From Octopus vulgaris (lineage: Eukaryota): a stretch of 64,000 nucleotides of DNA. The stretch spans positions 5,642,001-5,706,000 of the forward strand of contig OX597834.1 of NCBI GenBank assembly GCA_951406725.2. Direction: 5' to 3'. The notes under the pieces were generated by a model. It ran no database searches. It had not been told where the DNA came from and worked only from the letters and a program-made list of their open reading frames with translations. Position 1 is the stretch's first letter, and every line of letters begins with the position of its first letter. Below are positions 39,697 to 53,390 of the stretch, piece after piece. The position numbers and the translations under genes are program-made.

Positions 39697-40041
39697 GCAG
39701 AGCCTGGAAGATTGCTTTGAGATACATGGCATATTTTATAAATATGCCTGCTCAAGGATCATAATGGCATGAAACTATTGGTTGTGTATTTAATTTGGTA
39801 TATAAATATATCTGTTACCTGTTTCAGTCATGAGACTACGGCCATGCTGGGGCACTGCCTTGAAGAATTTCTTTAGTCGAATGTATTCACCCCAGTACTT
39901 ATGTTTGTATAAGCCTGGTGCTTATTCTATCAGTCTCTCTTTGCTGAACCACTATGTTATGGGGGACGTAAACACATCAACACCAGCTGTCAAATGGTGG
40001 TAAGGAGGTAAACACAATTATAAAGACACACATGCATTGAC

Positions 40042-40075
<34 letters not shown>

Positions 40076-40077
40076 TG

Positions 40078-40263
40078 GTCGCTATGATAGATCGTTAGCC
40101 ACTACACACTTTTTTTTTCTCTCCTTGTTTTTTCTGTGTCTCTTTCTGTAGAAGAGCGTAGGCTCGGAACGTAAAAGATTTTTTCTATTCCTGAGCGTTA
40201 TACTAATACATCTGTTTGTTTTGTACACCACCTGTCTTCGTCTTTTGTTTTTTCGTAAACTCT

Positions 40264-40270
<7 letters not shown>
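40078..40270 (+). mobile_element. Second copy of the 190-bp hammerhead-bearing element, within (TA)n
   Basis: Reverse complement of 6126-6316; motif at 40141-40178 TCTTT CTGTAGA A GAGC GTAG GCTC GGAA CGT A AAAGA. Confidence 0.8.
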
Positions 40271-40316
<46 letters not shown>

Positions 40317-40318
<2 letters not shown>

Positions 40319-41281
40319 GGAGTAAACACATAAATGTGAAACAAGGTGGAAAAAAGAGTACTCAAATACCAGTGGTAGAGTAATATGCTTTATTTTAAGC
40401 AGCAGAAAATTCAACAAAATATGTTACTCTGAGTTTCTCGTTGCCGTTCATCAGACAGTTTTTGCTAGAATGGAACTGATATATCAATTCAATCTATACT
40501 CTTACAAACGCTACACCTTTAAAAAGAAATGGACTTGTTTGATTGGCCCTTTAGAAAAAACGGTCAATCTTCGAGCGATAAACAAAAAGGTCAAAAATAT
40601 ATGTATATATATATATAAAAAACTTATAAAAATTATAAAATCCGAGGAAAAAACCTTACATTGAATAAAATACATATTGACGTTAATGAAGAAAGTGCAA
40701 ATTAATGCATAGAAATTAAACCTGTTATAAATATTACACTGCAATACATAATTATATTAAAATCTACATATATATATCAACATACACAAAATTATGCGTG
40801 CAAACGCCATACATATACAGACGTATGAATATAAATCTAAATATACACATAAAAGCATGTGTACATATATTCACGCAAAACCATCTCGCACGCAAGTTAA
40901 AAAAGATCTATGTAGCGATTCTCATATACTGAGTAAGGGGGGAACGAAAGAAAGAGAGAGAGAGAAAAAGGAACGAAGGAGGTGTGGGGAAAAAAACGAA
41001 ATAAGAAAAAATTATGTATACAAGCAGTGTAACGGCATTATGGCATATATGGAGACAAGTATACATACATAAGTTTGACCTTTTTGTTTATCGCTCGAAG
41101 ATTGACCGTTTTTTCTAAAGGGCCAATCAAACAAGTCCATTTCTTTTTAAAGGTGTAGCGTTTGTAAGAGTATAGATTGAATTGATATATCAGTTCCATT
41201 CTAGCAAAAACTGTCTGATGAACGGCAACGAGAAACTCAGAGTAACAGATTTTGTTGAATTTTCTGCTGCTTAAAATAAAG
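40317..41281. mobile_element. (TA)n-embedded element with 208-bp inverted repeats, each carrying a hammerhead motif
   Basis: Arms 40388-40595 and 41074-41281 are almost exact reverse complements. Confidence 0.88.
41205..41254 (+). ncRNA. Minimal type I hammerhead (mirror copy at 40415-40464 on -)
   Basis: CAAAAACTGT CTGATGA ACG GCAA CGA GAAA CTC A GAG TA ACAGATTTTG; stem II closing pair is an A.A mismatch. Confidence 0.68.
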
Positions 41282-41538
41282 TATATATATATATATATAT
41301 ATATATATTAACCGGTGTTGTTCAAACGATGAATAGCTTCGCGTAAACCATTGGTTCGTTTTGTTCTCTTACTTTATTATCATCTTATAATCATCTCATA
41401 ATAATGACTTTTATGACTCGTATTACTACCTCAGTCAATCTAAATGTATATATTTGTCGTTACCTGTCATAAATAGCCTTTTTCTATTTGCAATATGCAT
41501 TTTCGTTGATTTTTCATATTTTACCCCTATATATATAT

Positions 41539-41598
<60 letters not shown>

Positions 41599-42360
41599 GA
41601 CAGGCTTCTTTCAGTTTCCATCTACCAAATCAACTCACAAGGCTTTGTTCGACCCAAGGCTATAGCAGAAGACACTTGCCCAAAGTGCTATGCAGCGGGA
41701 CTGAACCTGGAACCATGTGATTGGGAAACAAGCTTCTTACCACACAGCCACGACCAAATTCCCTACTAAAACACTGAAAAAATATCAATAAGTAATAGTA
41801 ATATTTTTAGTGCAAATTGATGATTGAGATGCGATAGGGTTGCAATAGGCAAAGTAGACTTCAGACCGCGTTGCCTAGAAAAATTATAAATCATAGAAAC
41901 GGTAATTTTGAGTTTGGTGGTTGCCATCATAAGCTTCAAGATATTTTACAATAAACTAATACTTTAATCAGAGAGGTAAGCAGATTAAAGCAGCATATAT
42001 TTTTGGTGGGGGGGGGGGGAGAAAATGTTATGATTGAAAATGAGTAGCAATGGTGAGAACTAGGAATAAACGAACAGTTTTCTTGGATATGGTGAGAAAA
42101 AAATATTGTGAACTGAAGGATAAAAAAACAGAACTTGAAATATTTACTGCTGAGTCTTATGAAATATTGTGTGTAACCAATCAGAGAACGGAATTATAGA
42201 AGAGATTGAAAAGAAATGTGCAATAAGAATAAGAATAATAATAATAATATTAATAATAATAATAATAATAACAGTAATAATAATCACAAGAACAATAAAT
42301 AAGAAACAACACCAAATTAAACAACACTAAACATGGAAATATATAATCAGTGTACATATG

Positions 42361-42404
<44 letters not shown>

Positions 42405-42639
42405 TATATGTTGTGTGGTAAGGCTTCTTCAACAATGAGAAAAGCACTTGATCAACTAACAGAGTAAAGATAATGTTATGATAAGACCTGGGTAGCTGTA
42501 TTTAAGAAAAATTGTGGTTTTTATTATAACATTTTATATTATCTGTGTATTTATGTATGCATGTATATATATATATATATATATATGTCTTTATCTATAT
42601 ATGTATATATAAGTCTTTATATATGTATATATATATGTT

Positions 42640-42931
42640 TTTATTATTTGAGAGAATAAAATCCAAACTTACAAGGAAAAAGAATTCAATTTAGAAATAC
42701 TAAATCAAATTCCACAACAATATAATATATTGTATACATTATATTATTATATAATATTATATACATTATATACATTATATTATACCTATTATATACATTA
42801 TATTATTCTTGTAATTTACTTAATCTTTACTTTTCAATTGTTATTTTAATTTTAACTTTTCTATTATATTTTTCGAGATGGTGTAATTTTTATTATTCAT
42901 TTTGAATTGATAAAAATGTGCTTTTTTTCTA

Positions 42932-42940
<9 letters not shown>
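42640..42940. repeat. AT-rich (TA)n-associated interspersed repeat
   Basis: Related segments at 49995-50160 (reverse) and 57860-57925. Confidence 0.65.
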
Positions 42941-42974
<34 letters not shown>

Positions 42975-43432
42975 GTATATACAAGTCTTTATCTATTCAT
43001 CTATATGATGGAGATGTAGTAGCACTTACAGGATTGAATATTCTGTTTATTTTTAACCATTTTTGGAACTGGTGGAACCCATTTCTCTCCAGGTTTTCTT
43101 GAAAGAGAAACACAAACATCGACCTCAGTTCAGAACTGGTATTTTATTCATAGACCCTGAAAGAATGAAAGGCAAATTTGACTCCAACAGACCATCACCT
43201 AAGAGGATAGAGAGTCAGAAAGAATGCTGCAGAGCAAACTTTCCATTATATTGAGTGAAAGCAGGATGAGGCAAGATGTCTGTGGAGGTTTTCATTCTTC
43301 ACTTCTGAGGACAATGTTTTTATTTCCATGTTCAGAGTGCTTCGTTATAACCGTTGTCTTGTAACTTTTGGGATTGTCTGACAGATTTGTGTTGTTTTTC
43401 ATTGTTTTAGGGAGAAAGGGAGAAACTCATCT

Positions 43433-43765
43433 AATACTTACAATGTTTAATAAAATGAAGTAGCATGAAACGATTGTACTACACTACCTTGGATATCCTT
43501 GTTGCTTATTTTGATTATATAAGCAACAAGGATATCCAAGGTACTATAGTACAATCGATTCATGCTACTTCATTTTATTAAACAATGTAAGTATTACATC
43601 AGTTTTAAAATGTCGAGCAATCTTCAGCCACATATAGAATTTTTTAATTCAATGGACAATGCACATTTATATACTTATTTAATTTGCCAACTTTACAAAG
43701 AGGGTGGATATATAGACAGAGAGGTTAATTTCATCATTAAGAACATGGTGGTAGTATGTCCTTCT
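43433..43765 (-). mobile_element. Hammerhead-bearing element with a short inverted duplication (77-bp arms)
   Basis: Arms 43433-43509 and 43519-43595; the minus copy matches 61455-61705; GTGG CTGAAGA TTGCT..AGCAT GAATCGATTGTA. Confidence 0.78.
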
Positions 43766-43862
43766 CCATCTGTAGATTATATATATATATATATATATAT
43801 ATATACTAACACACACACACATTCATGCATGCAAATACACACACGCACACACACATATATAT

Positions 43863-44511
43863 AGGCTCAGGAGTGGCTGTGTGGTAAGTAGCTTGCTTAT
43901 CAACCACATGGTACTGGGTTCAATCCCACTGCATGGAACCTTGGGCAAGTGTCTTCTGCTATAAGCCTCAGGCTGACTAAGGCTTTGTGAGTAGATTTGG
44001 TAGACGGAAACTAAAAGAAGCCCATCGTATATGTGTGTGTCTATGCTTGTCCACTCACCATAGGTTGACAACCCATGCTGGTGTGTTTATGTCCCTATAA
44101 CTTAACAGTTCGGCAAAAGGTTCTGATAGAATTACTACTAGGCTTACAAAGTGTCTTGGGCTTGATTTGTTTGACTAAAGGCGGTGCTCCAGCATAGCCG
44201 CAGTCAAATGACTGAAACAGGTAAAAGGGTAAAAGAGTATATAATAATTAAGGTAGCAGCAAGCAATGTGTACCCAAAAGGAAACAAATGTGACTAGGGT
44301 GTTAGAAACACCTACATTGCTAGAAATAAGAGCTAAATGCTCTAATGCTAGGAGTGGCTGTGTAGTAAGTAGCTTGTTTACCAACCACATGGTTCCAGGT
44401 TCAGTCCCACTGCGTGGCATCTTGGGCAAATGTCTTCTACTATAGCCTTGGGCTGACCAAAGCCTTGTGAGTGGATTTTTGGTAGACAGAAACTGAAAGA
44501 AGCCCGTCGTA

Positions 44512-44561
<50 letters not shown>

Positions 44562-44780
44562 TGTGTGTGTTTGTATGTCTGTGTTTGTCCCCCTAGCATT
44601 GCTTGACAACCAATGCTGGTGTGTTTATGTCCCCCGTTACTTAGCGGTTCGGCAAAAGAGACCGATAGAATAAGTACTGGGCTTACGAAAGAATAAGTCC
44701 CAGGGTCGAGTTGCTCGATTAAAGGCGGTGCTCCAGCATGGCCACAGTGAAATGACTGAAACAAGTAAAAGAGTAAAGAG
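43863..44780 (+). mobile_element. Two SINE A copies (43863-44238 and 44349-44780)
   Basis: Family match. Confidence 0.9.
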
Positions 44781-45370
44781 TCAAAGTGCATAATTGTATG
44801 CATACATGGTGACAGGGGTGTCAAATAGCAACCACACCATCGCATACTTGAGACCCCTTGCAATAAACTTAACAGTTGGTAGATATTCTGCCAACTCCTT
44901 TTCAATCTTAATTTGAGGGAACACATTGATGGTGTCGAGAGACTTGGAATACGTCCTCAACAACAATGTTTTCCTGTTGAAGTCTTTTACCCACTGCTTG
45001 GTGGGTACAATCTCCCACTCCAAAGCAGTGTTTATTTTCTTTGCCATGGTTGCAGAAAAGAAAGGAAAGTCCAAAAATACAAAAAAGAACAGAAAGATAG
45101 AGCAGAGAAAAAGAGCGAAGGAAGACAGTTCAAGTCATGGCAACACAATTCTGGCTACTCGGTAATCCTGGCACACAGGTATTCGCCCCCAAAAATGGTT
45201 CTCCAGGTCACAGTAGCAGCAGGAACACACAAAAAATCGTCCATGAATTGGTTGAATTTTCAAAATTTTCACAAATTTTGGTGGCAAGACACGTCCACCA
45301 AACAACAATTCTCACAGCTAAGTAAGTCAGCACGACTGCAGCAGACAAATATCCGGGATCCAGTGAGGAT
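44781..45370 (-). mobile_element. Probable 5' remnant (UTR and ORF1 start) of a retrotransposon
   Basis: 97-aa ORF KTLLLRTYSKSL..IEKELAEYLPTVKFIARG; recalled resemblance to octopus LINE ORF1-like proteins, unverified. Confidence 0.4.
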
Positions 45371-45387
45371 TTCTTATTTGGAAAAAG

Positions 45388-46003
45388 AGAAAGGCAAAGT
45401 CGACCTCGGTGGAATTTGAACTCAGAACGTAACGCCTGTTGAAATATCGCTAAGCATTTTGCCTGGCACACTAACGTTTCTGCCAGCTTGCTGACCAACA
45501 CATGTATACTCTACAGAATTTCTCACAAAATATACATAAATACGGAAATATTACTCATAGCACAATGCGACACTATAAGAAACACAAAATGCTCCAATCA
45601 GAAACAAAACTAAAAAATTGATTAATGATGACAAAAAGAAAAACTTAACTGTCATCAATCAAACAGTGATGGCAAAGTCCCAACACAAATCATATTGGTC
45701 CACGTTCCAAAATTACTTCATCTTGTAGATGAGACCACAAGTGTCTTGAAACATTGGTGCAGGAGTTGGGAACGATACTCTGTCAGCGGCGAGCTGGCAG
45801 AAACGTTAGCACGCCAGGCAAAATTCTTAGCGGTATTTCGTCTGTCGTTATGTTCTGAGTTCAAATTCCGTCGAGGTCGACTTTGCCTTTCATCCTTTTG
45901 GGGTCGATAAATAAAGTACCAGGATCGATGTAATCAACTTAATCCGTTTGTCTGTCCTTGTTTGTCCCCTCTGTGTTTAGCCCCTTGTGGGTAGTAAAGA
46001 AAT
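45388..46003. mobile_element. SINE B fragments (45388-45493 on -, 45786-46003 on +)
   Basis: Family match. Confidence 0.85.
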
Positions 46004-47832
46004 ATTATGCTCTTCCAGATATACTGCAAGAAAGGTATAAGAAATTATGACAAAAACCTTGAAAAAAGAAAAAGGAAACAGAACACATTCGTGTATTGAA
46101 TATAACAGTTGTTAATATTCTTGTTTTATATATGTGTATGCATGGATGTATGTATGTGTGTGTGTAATATGCAGATGTGTGTGGTTGTTAAAATAGGTGG
46201 AAAGAATAAGAATTCTGCAGAAAGGTGAACGAAGTAAAACAGTAACCCAAGCAGATTGAAGAAATAAATCTAAAATTATAAATAAGAAGCAAAATAAAAT
46301 GAATATTTAGTTAAGTTATTTACAGTTTTTCATATGCACATAAAACATAAGCAGCAAATGCTAGAATTATTCCAGAATCCTTTAGGGGCTAATAAAATTA
46401 TTTATACTGTACCATAAAAAAAAAACCTTTTGAGTCATTAAGTTGGCACAGAAACCTTCACCATAAACATTGGCAAAGAGAGTGGGTGTGTTTGCGGTAA
46501 AAATAAAACATGAGCAAAAAATAGATGGGGAAAAGAATAAAAATAGCTGGGAAAATGATGCTGCTAGAAGAGAATAACTTTTAGCTTATTCTCATCAATC
46601 ATCATTGAAAAAGTTTATGGAAAAGCTGAAGAAATCTATCAAGTAGATATTTTACTTCTTTGCAGGTTTTTATACCTAAACTTATATATTTCTGTTGGCA
46701 GTTTCCTGTGCTTATATATATATAAAAAAAAAACAAAAACAAAACAAATGGTGTGCCATGACTCAAAAGATGGTATTTGATCAAGCTGATTGCATCTGTT
46801 TTTCATCAGAACTGTGAGAGGCTGGAAAAGCTTTGTTGTGCAGATAAAACTGTTCAGCTCACTCCGAGCTAAAAGACAAAACTATTTATACGAATACTTA
46901 CCTTATGCACTGGTGCAATAAACTGGACAATTTGATTTTTTTATGTACAGAAATATGTATTAATGTGTAATTAACTTTAGATGTCCTTCCACCTCACAAC
47001 CTCACACATATCAAGCCAAAGAGAGTGCTTTTGTGCGGTCATTCGACTCATTACAAATACTGGCCAAATATCTTCCAAATCACATTCTCAGCTCTGAACA
47101 ATTTAATGCTCGTTAATGGTTGAATAAGATACCCTCAACACAAAATAAAAACGCCATTAAAATTTGGTAGACGGAAACTGAAAGAAGCCTGTCGTATATA
47201 TATATCTATATATGTATGTGCGTGTATGTTTGTTTGTCTGTGTTTGTCCCCCTAGCATTGAAATGACAACCGATGCTGGTGTGGTTGACGTCCCTGAACA
47301 CTTAGCGCCATAAAAATTAATATTTTAAAACTGAATTTTTAGAATTTTCAAGTACTGGGCTTACAAAGAATAAGTCCCAGGGTCGAGTTGCTCGATTAAA
47401 GGCGTTACTCCAGCATGGCCGCAGTCAAAATGACTGAAACAAGTAAAAAGAGAAAAAAAAAGAGAAAAGGTAGGCTTCCACCATATCAGATGAGAGCAAT
47501 ACAGAAATACCAAGAATATGAGCAAGAAAAGAATGGATATTAAGTACACTGCATTCACCAATTATCTTACAATTTTCTATAATTTCAATAAACAGTCGCA
47601 CTGACCTTCTCTGGTTTCCTATATTTAATGTTAAGACTGGTCTCACATAATGACAGACTTCACCGAGAAATGTTTGAGCCAACTAAATGTAGAGGACTAA
47701 TGTTGATCATTAGTGATGTTCTTGTGAGAGAGAATATCAGATACTCTTATGCAGAAACTGACAGGAATGCATGCATATTTTAAATGTGCATCAGAGCAGA
47801 TATCTGTCTAAGTAAATGCACACATACATATA

Positions 47833-48004
47833 TGGTGCAGGAGTGGCTGTGTGGCAAGGAGCTTGTTAACCAACCACATGGTTCCGGGTTCAGTCCCACT
47901 GCGTGGCACCTTGGGCAAGTGTCTTCTACTATAGCCTCGGGCCGACCAAAGCCTTGTGAGTGGATTTGGTAGACGGAAACTGAAAGAAGCCCGTCGCATA
48001 TGTG

Positions 48005-48037
<33 letters not shown>

Positions 48038-48250
48038 ATGTGTGTGTTTGTGTGTCTGTGTTTGTCCCCCTAGCATTGTTTGACAACCGACGCTGGTGTG
48101 TTTACATCCTCGTAACTTAGCGGTTTGGCAAAAGAGACCAATAGGATAAGTACTGGGCTTACAAAAAAATAAGTCCCGGAGTCGAGTTGCTCGATTAAAG
48201 GTGGTGCTCCAGCATGGCCGCAGTCAAATGACTGAAACAAGTAAAAGAGT
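47833..48250 (+). mobile_element. SINE A
   Basis: Family match; a further fragmented copy lies at 47162-47450. Confidence 0.9.
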
Positions 48251-48291
48251 GAAGAGAGAGAGAATATATTTATATATGTGAACCACACATC

Positions 48292-48323
<32 letters not shown>

Positions 48324-49227
48324 CTCACAAATTGGAATGTGTGCACAAATGGATATGGGGTTGTCTTCTTTTATGCTTATTTACTTTTATGAATGTGTGT
48401 AGGTTTATATGTATGTCAATTAATGCATCTGTAGGATGGGAAATATGCCTGTAAACCCCATAATATATGCAATTATGCATGCATAAAGATGCACATATAT
48501 GAACACACACCATACATTTTTACTTATACATGTGTATACATGAACGTATATGTGTGTGTGTTTGCACCCATATATGTGTGAGCATGTATGTACAGACATG
48601 CAGACACATGTATATCTATGCATACATTTGTATAATTTTAAATTTGGAATAGCAATTGGAAAAAGTAACATACAACCATGGTTATCTAAATTTGTGTATG
48701 CACATACGAGCACTCACATATACACTTCAAAAATATACTGCATCTCATTCCTATATAATACATACATATACACACACATATATATATATATATGCATTAG
48801 ATATGTGTGTGTGTGTGTGTGTGTGCAATTGAGAGAAGAGGGAAATAGATTTTTCCTTGTCCAAAGCATTTAGAATGCTGATAAATAGCTATAGGGTACG
48901 GTCAATAGGTCAATATACATGGCTATTAATTTAGCAGTTGAAAACCCCAAAGCTTTTATGCTGAAAGTCTCTCACTAAAATGGTTAAATGCAGCTTTAAA
49001 AATTGCTTTTATTGATTGTACTCAGTGGAAGTATTTTGTATTGACTGGTAATATAGATTTTGTTATTTGCAGAGATTGGTATCAAAAGAAGCAGGAATAT
49101 TATGGACGGCAAACAATTGTACAGCAAATCTTCTTAGCAAGACCAGGGCTGATAGTATTATCCTCTGTGATGATACAAAAGCACTGAGCTATGTGTACAT
49201 ACATATGTGTGTGTGTGTGAGTGTGTA

Positions 49228-49735
49228 TAAAGAGCACCATACGAGTGTGATCATTGACAGAGTGGCTAACTGGCTTCTGTGCCAGTGGCACTTAAAAGGC
49301 GCCATTTGAGCATGATCGTTACCAGCGTCACCTTACTGGCACTCGAGCCCCATGCTAGTAAATTATTAAGAGCACCATCTGAGCATGATCGTTGCCAGAG
49401 CGGCTATCTGTCCTCCGTGCCGGTGGAACATAAAAGACACCATTCAAGTGTGATCATTACCAGCATCGCCTTACTAGCACCTGTGCCGGTGGCATGTGTA
49501 AAAGATTCGAGCGAGGTCATTGCCAGTACTGCCTGACTGGCCCCATGCTGGTGGCACATAAAAGCACCCACTACACTCTTGGAGTTGTTGGCGTTAGGAA
49601 GGGCATCCAGCTGTAGAAACTCTGCCAGATCAAGATTGAAGCCTGGTGCAGCCATCTGGTTCACCAGCCCTCAGTCATTCGTCCAACCCATGCTAGCATG
49701 GAAAGCGGACGTTAATTGATGATGATGATGATGAT
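49228..49735 (+). mobile_element. RTE-type LINE 3' UTR with ~60-70-bp tandem units and (GAT)n tail
   Basis: ggcgttaggaagggcatccagctgtagaaa...ccaacccatgctagcatgg..gatgatgat. Confidence 0.8.
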
Positions 49736-50160
49736 ATATAAGTGCTGGTGAAACTTTGTGATAAGAAGATTGCTTCCCAGCCATACAGTTCTGGGTTCAG
49801 TCACCTTGGGCAAGTATCTTCTATAGCATCAGGACAACCAAAGCTTTGTGAGTGGATCTGACAGACAGAAACTGAAAGAAGCCTGTCGCATATATATATA
49901 TATATTCATGTGTGTGTGTGTGTGTGTACAAGCCTGGCTGGAAAATGAAAGATATCTATCATGGGAATGTGTTTACCTATACATATAAATATATATATAT
50001 ATAAAAATTAGAAAAAAACACCCCATCTGAATTCAAAATGAACAATTAAATTACACCATCTAGAAAATATATATATATTATATTTTGTGAAATTTGATTT
50101 AGTATTTCTAAATTGAATTTTTCCCTGTAAGTTAGGAATAATATTCCCTCAAATAATTAT

Positions 50161-50209
<49 letters not shown>

Positions 50210-50214
50210 AACAA

Positions 50215-51000
50215 TATCAACATCAACATTTAATGTCTGTTTTCCAAGCTGGCATTAGTTGGATGGTTTGACAGGAACTAGCAAGGTCAGGGGCTGCATC
50301 AGGTTCCATAGCCTGTTTTGGTTTGGTTTCTACAGATGGATACCCTTCTTAATGCCAACCCCTTTACAGAGTGTACTGGGTGCTTTTTTTACATGGCACC
50401 ATCACCACTGCTTTTTATGTGGAACAAGCACCTACGCCACTGCTTTTTACATGGCAATTTAGTTTTAGGATCTTAGTTCTGTTGTGGTGGGTGGGTCTGC
50501 TTGAGTACAGAAATGCTCCACATATCTTGGTCCTACGTCATATCCTTTGTAAACTTCAGTGTTTTGACATCAGCCTTCAGTGCTTTGTCCTATGTCTTTT
50601 CCATCCACTTTAAGTGATGAGTTTAAGCAACACATAGATGTGGAAGACCCAGGAAGACATGAGGCAGTACTGAAGAACGACCTCAAGAGAGTGAACCTTT
50701 CAGATGAGATAACAAAGGACCGAGATACCTGGTGTCTTGCTGTACATCACAACAGAAGTGTTAAGAGCTGTCCCTCTGGTGGTGTAAATCACTCTTGCAG
50801 CACCACATAAAAATCCCCTGTGCGGTGCCTTGTAAAGGCACTTGGCACACACTGTAAAGGGGTTGACGTTTGGAAGGGCATCCAGACATAGAAACTATGC
50901 CAAATCAGACTGGGGTCTGGTGCAGCTCCCCAGCTGGTCATCTCTGGTCAAACTGTCCAACCCATTCAAACATGGACAACAGACATTAAATGATGATGAT
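50215..51000. mobile_element. Two back-to-back RTE LINE 3' fragments (50215-50605 on -, 50635-51000 on +)
   Basis: + strand gives GRPRKT..VLKNDLKRVNLSDEITKDRDTW, the typical RTE ORF C-terminus; - strand gives KALKADVKTL..DQDMW; both continue into an RTE-type UTR. Confidence 0.8.
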
Positions 51001-51184
51001 GGCATATGTGTTTACTCTTACTTTTACTCTTTTACTTGTTTCAATCATTTTGACTGTGGCCATGCTGGAGGACCACCTTTGCCGAGCAAATCGACCCCAG
51101 GATTTATTCTGGGAAGTGAAATGCAGAATAAGGTCAGCTGATCATAAGAATCAAATACTGATTGCTTAGCTAAAATCTGCAGGT

Positions 51185-51728
51185 GGCATGGGTTATTTCC
51201 CTTTGGTTGTTTAAATATTAGTTATATGTAGTAGATAGAAGGATCCATTGGAAGGGCCCTATTATCGATTTTTTTTTCAACAATCTAAGTATCTCACGAG
51301 GTTTCGAGACATGAGTTCTACTCATGTGTCAAATAAAGTATAAAAGTGATATTGCCTGCAAAAATTAGAAATAGGACACACAAGAAATCAATATTCAAAG
51401 TAATCAAACATAAACAATGAAATGGGTTATTTCCTTGGGTGTTTAAAAAAATTATCGTACAGATTCTATGGGTTATTTCCCTTGGGTGTTTGAAAAAATA
51501 TTGTACAGGTTATATGGGTTATTTCCCTTGGGTGTTTAAATAAAAAAATTAGTAATATGAAGTAGATATAAAGATCCCTTCCAGGGGCCGTATTATCGAT
51601 ATTTTCAACAATCTAAGTATGAGTTCTACTCACGTGTAAATTTTCATCAAAATCAATAAAACGATGTAGGAGGAGTTAGATAACAACACCATAAACAGAC
51701 ACACATCGATTTTCCACATATGTAGTAG
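51185..51728 (-). mobile_element. Helitron-like non-autonomous remnant with internal repeats
   Basis: aaattttcatcaaaatc..gtaggaggagtt..acagacacac end motif; 4 copies of atgggttattt(c)cctt; duplicated ~100-bp block. Confidence 0.5.
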
Positions 51729-52022
51729 CTATACACAGTATCAAGAATGTGATTTTATGAGGATATTTTTCCTGAAGAAGGGGACGTTGTTCAAATGATT
51801 TGTGAGATTTATCAATTTTTCTACCAGGACATGAATTCTAGAAATGGCCATTGAAAGTGAATCTCTTGAACTGTATTATATACCTTATTTATATTTAAAA
51901 AAAGCATCGAACTCTATTGATCTTTTTATTGAAACTCTTAATTAACTCTTAATTTTTTTCAGTCCTCTTTTTTATCAGTAATCTTTTTCTCACACTTCCT
52001 TCCACATGCATTTATATATATA

Positions 52023-52191
52023 GGGAATCTTTTACCACTATGCGGAAACCCTTATGCTAGAAGAAGATCCACTATGGTCTTAACCACTAAGAATTGTTCT
52101 CTAGAAAATTTAGAGAACAATTCTTAGTAGTTAAGACCATAGCAGATCTTCTTCTAGCATAAGGGTTTCCACATTGTGGTAAAAAATTCCC
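52023..52191. repeat. 169-bp imperfect palindrome (81-bp arms, 7-nt loop) next to (TA)n
   Basis: gggaat...tctcta gaaaatt tagaga...attccc. Confidence 0.9.
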
Positions 52192-52302
52192 CCTTATATT
52201 TATGTATGTAATACTATTTACTGAATCTATTTATATGCTAGACCACTGGTGTTAAAATTGATGTTCTCAAACTAATATCCAATTTTCACCCTCATTTTGA
52301 TT

Positions 52303-52340
<38 letters not shown>

Positions 52341-52849
52341 TTATACTTTAAAAAGGTTTTTATTAAAATATTCATATGTGTCGATATGTATTAATTAATG
52401 TACACACATTTTAAGTCAAATTAATAAACATATGAATATGATTGTCTAATTTGAATTTATATCTTAATTCTTATCTTTTATCTTGGGTTTGCTAAAACAA
52501 TGTAAAGCGCATTGTGACCAGCGATATGTAGCAACATCTGATAGCCTGGTAGGTCACACTGATCACGGTGATATATTTCATAAGAAAGAACATATATTAT
52601 TACATGTATGTGTGTGTGTGTATTTTTTTTATATGTACGCTGGTCAAATATCTTGTGATGGTTGTGAACGAGCATCACTGTCATACAAGCGGTGTGGTTC
52701 ATTTCCAGTCTTCTGTGAGAAACAAGTTTGGCTGTAGGGAAAATATTGCTCTGAGGATTGGCAAGAGGAAGAGCATCAGGCTTCAGAAAATCTGTCTCTG
52801 TGAATGGGTCTGTCTGACCAGTGTGAGTACAGGGAAGTGACAGTTAAGG

Positions 52850-53390
52850 TGATGATGATGATGAGGAGGAGGAGGTGGGAGATCATGATGATGATGAAGA
52901 TGACAATGATGATAATGATGATGACGACGATGGCAATGACAATGATGATGATGATGACAACAATTGCAATGATGATGATGATGATAATGACGACAACAAT
53001 GGCAATAATGATGACAAGGATGATAATGATGATGATGTTGATGATGATGATAATACTGATGATGATGGCAAGGATGATGATGATGGTGATGTTGACGATG
53101 ATGATGATGAAGATGATGATGTTGATGATGATGATAATGCTGATGATGATGGCAAGGATGATGATGATGATGATGGCATGGATGACAATAATGACGATGA
53201 TGATGATGAAGATGATGATGGCAAGGATGATGATGATAATGATGATGACAATAATGGCAATGAGGATGATAACACTGGCAATGATATGATGGTGATGATT
53301 ATGATGATGATGATGATGATTGTGGTAGAGGTAGTCGTGCGATGGTATAATGGTGGTGGTGGTGGTGGTGGTGGTGGTGACGGTGATGTT
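52850..53390. repeat. Degenerate (GAT)n/(GGT)n array
   Basis: Directly visible. Confidence 0.92.

Noticed and set aside
47150-47350. SINE A broken by a 40-bp AT-rich segment with repeated cgccat(t/a)aaaatt
   Set aside because: Scattered indels suggest a local repair event or poor consensus; not interpretable
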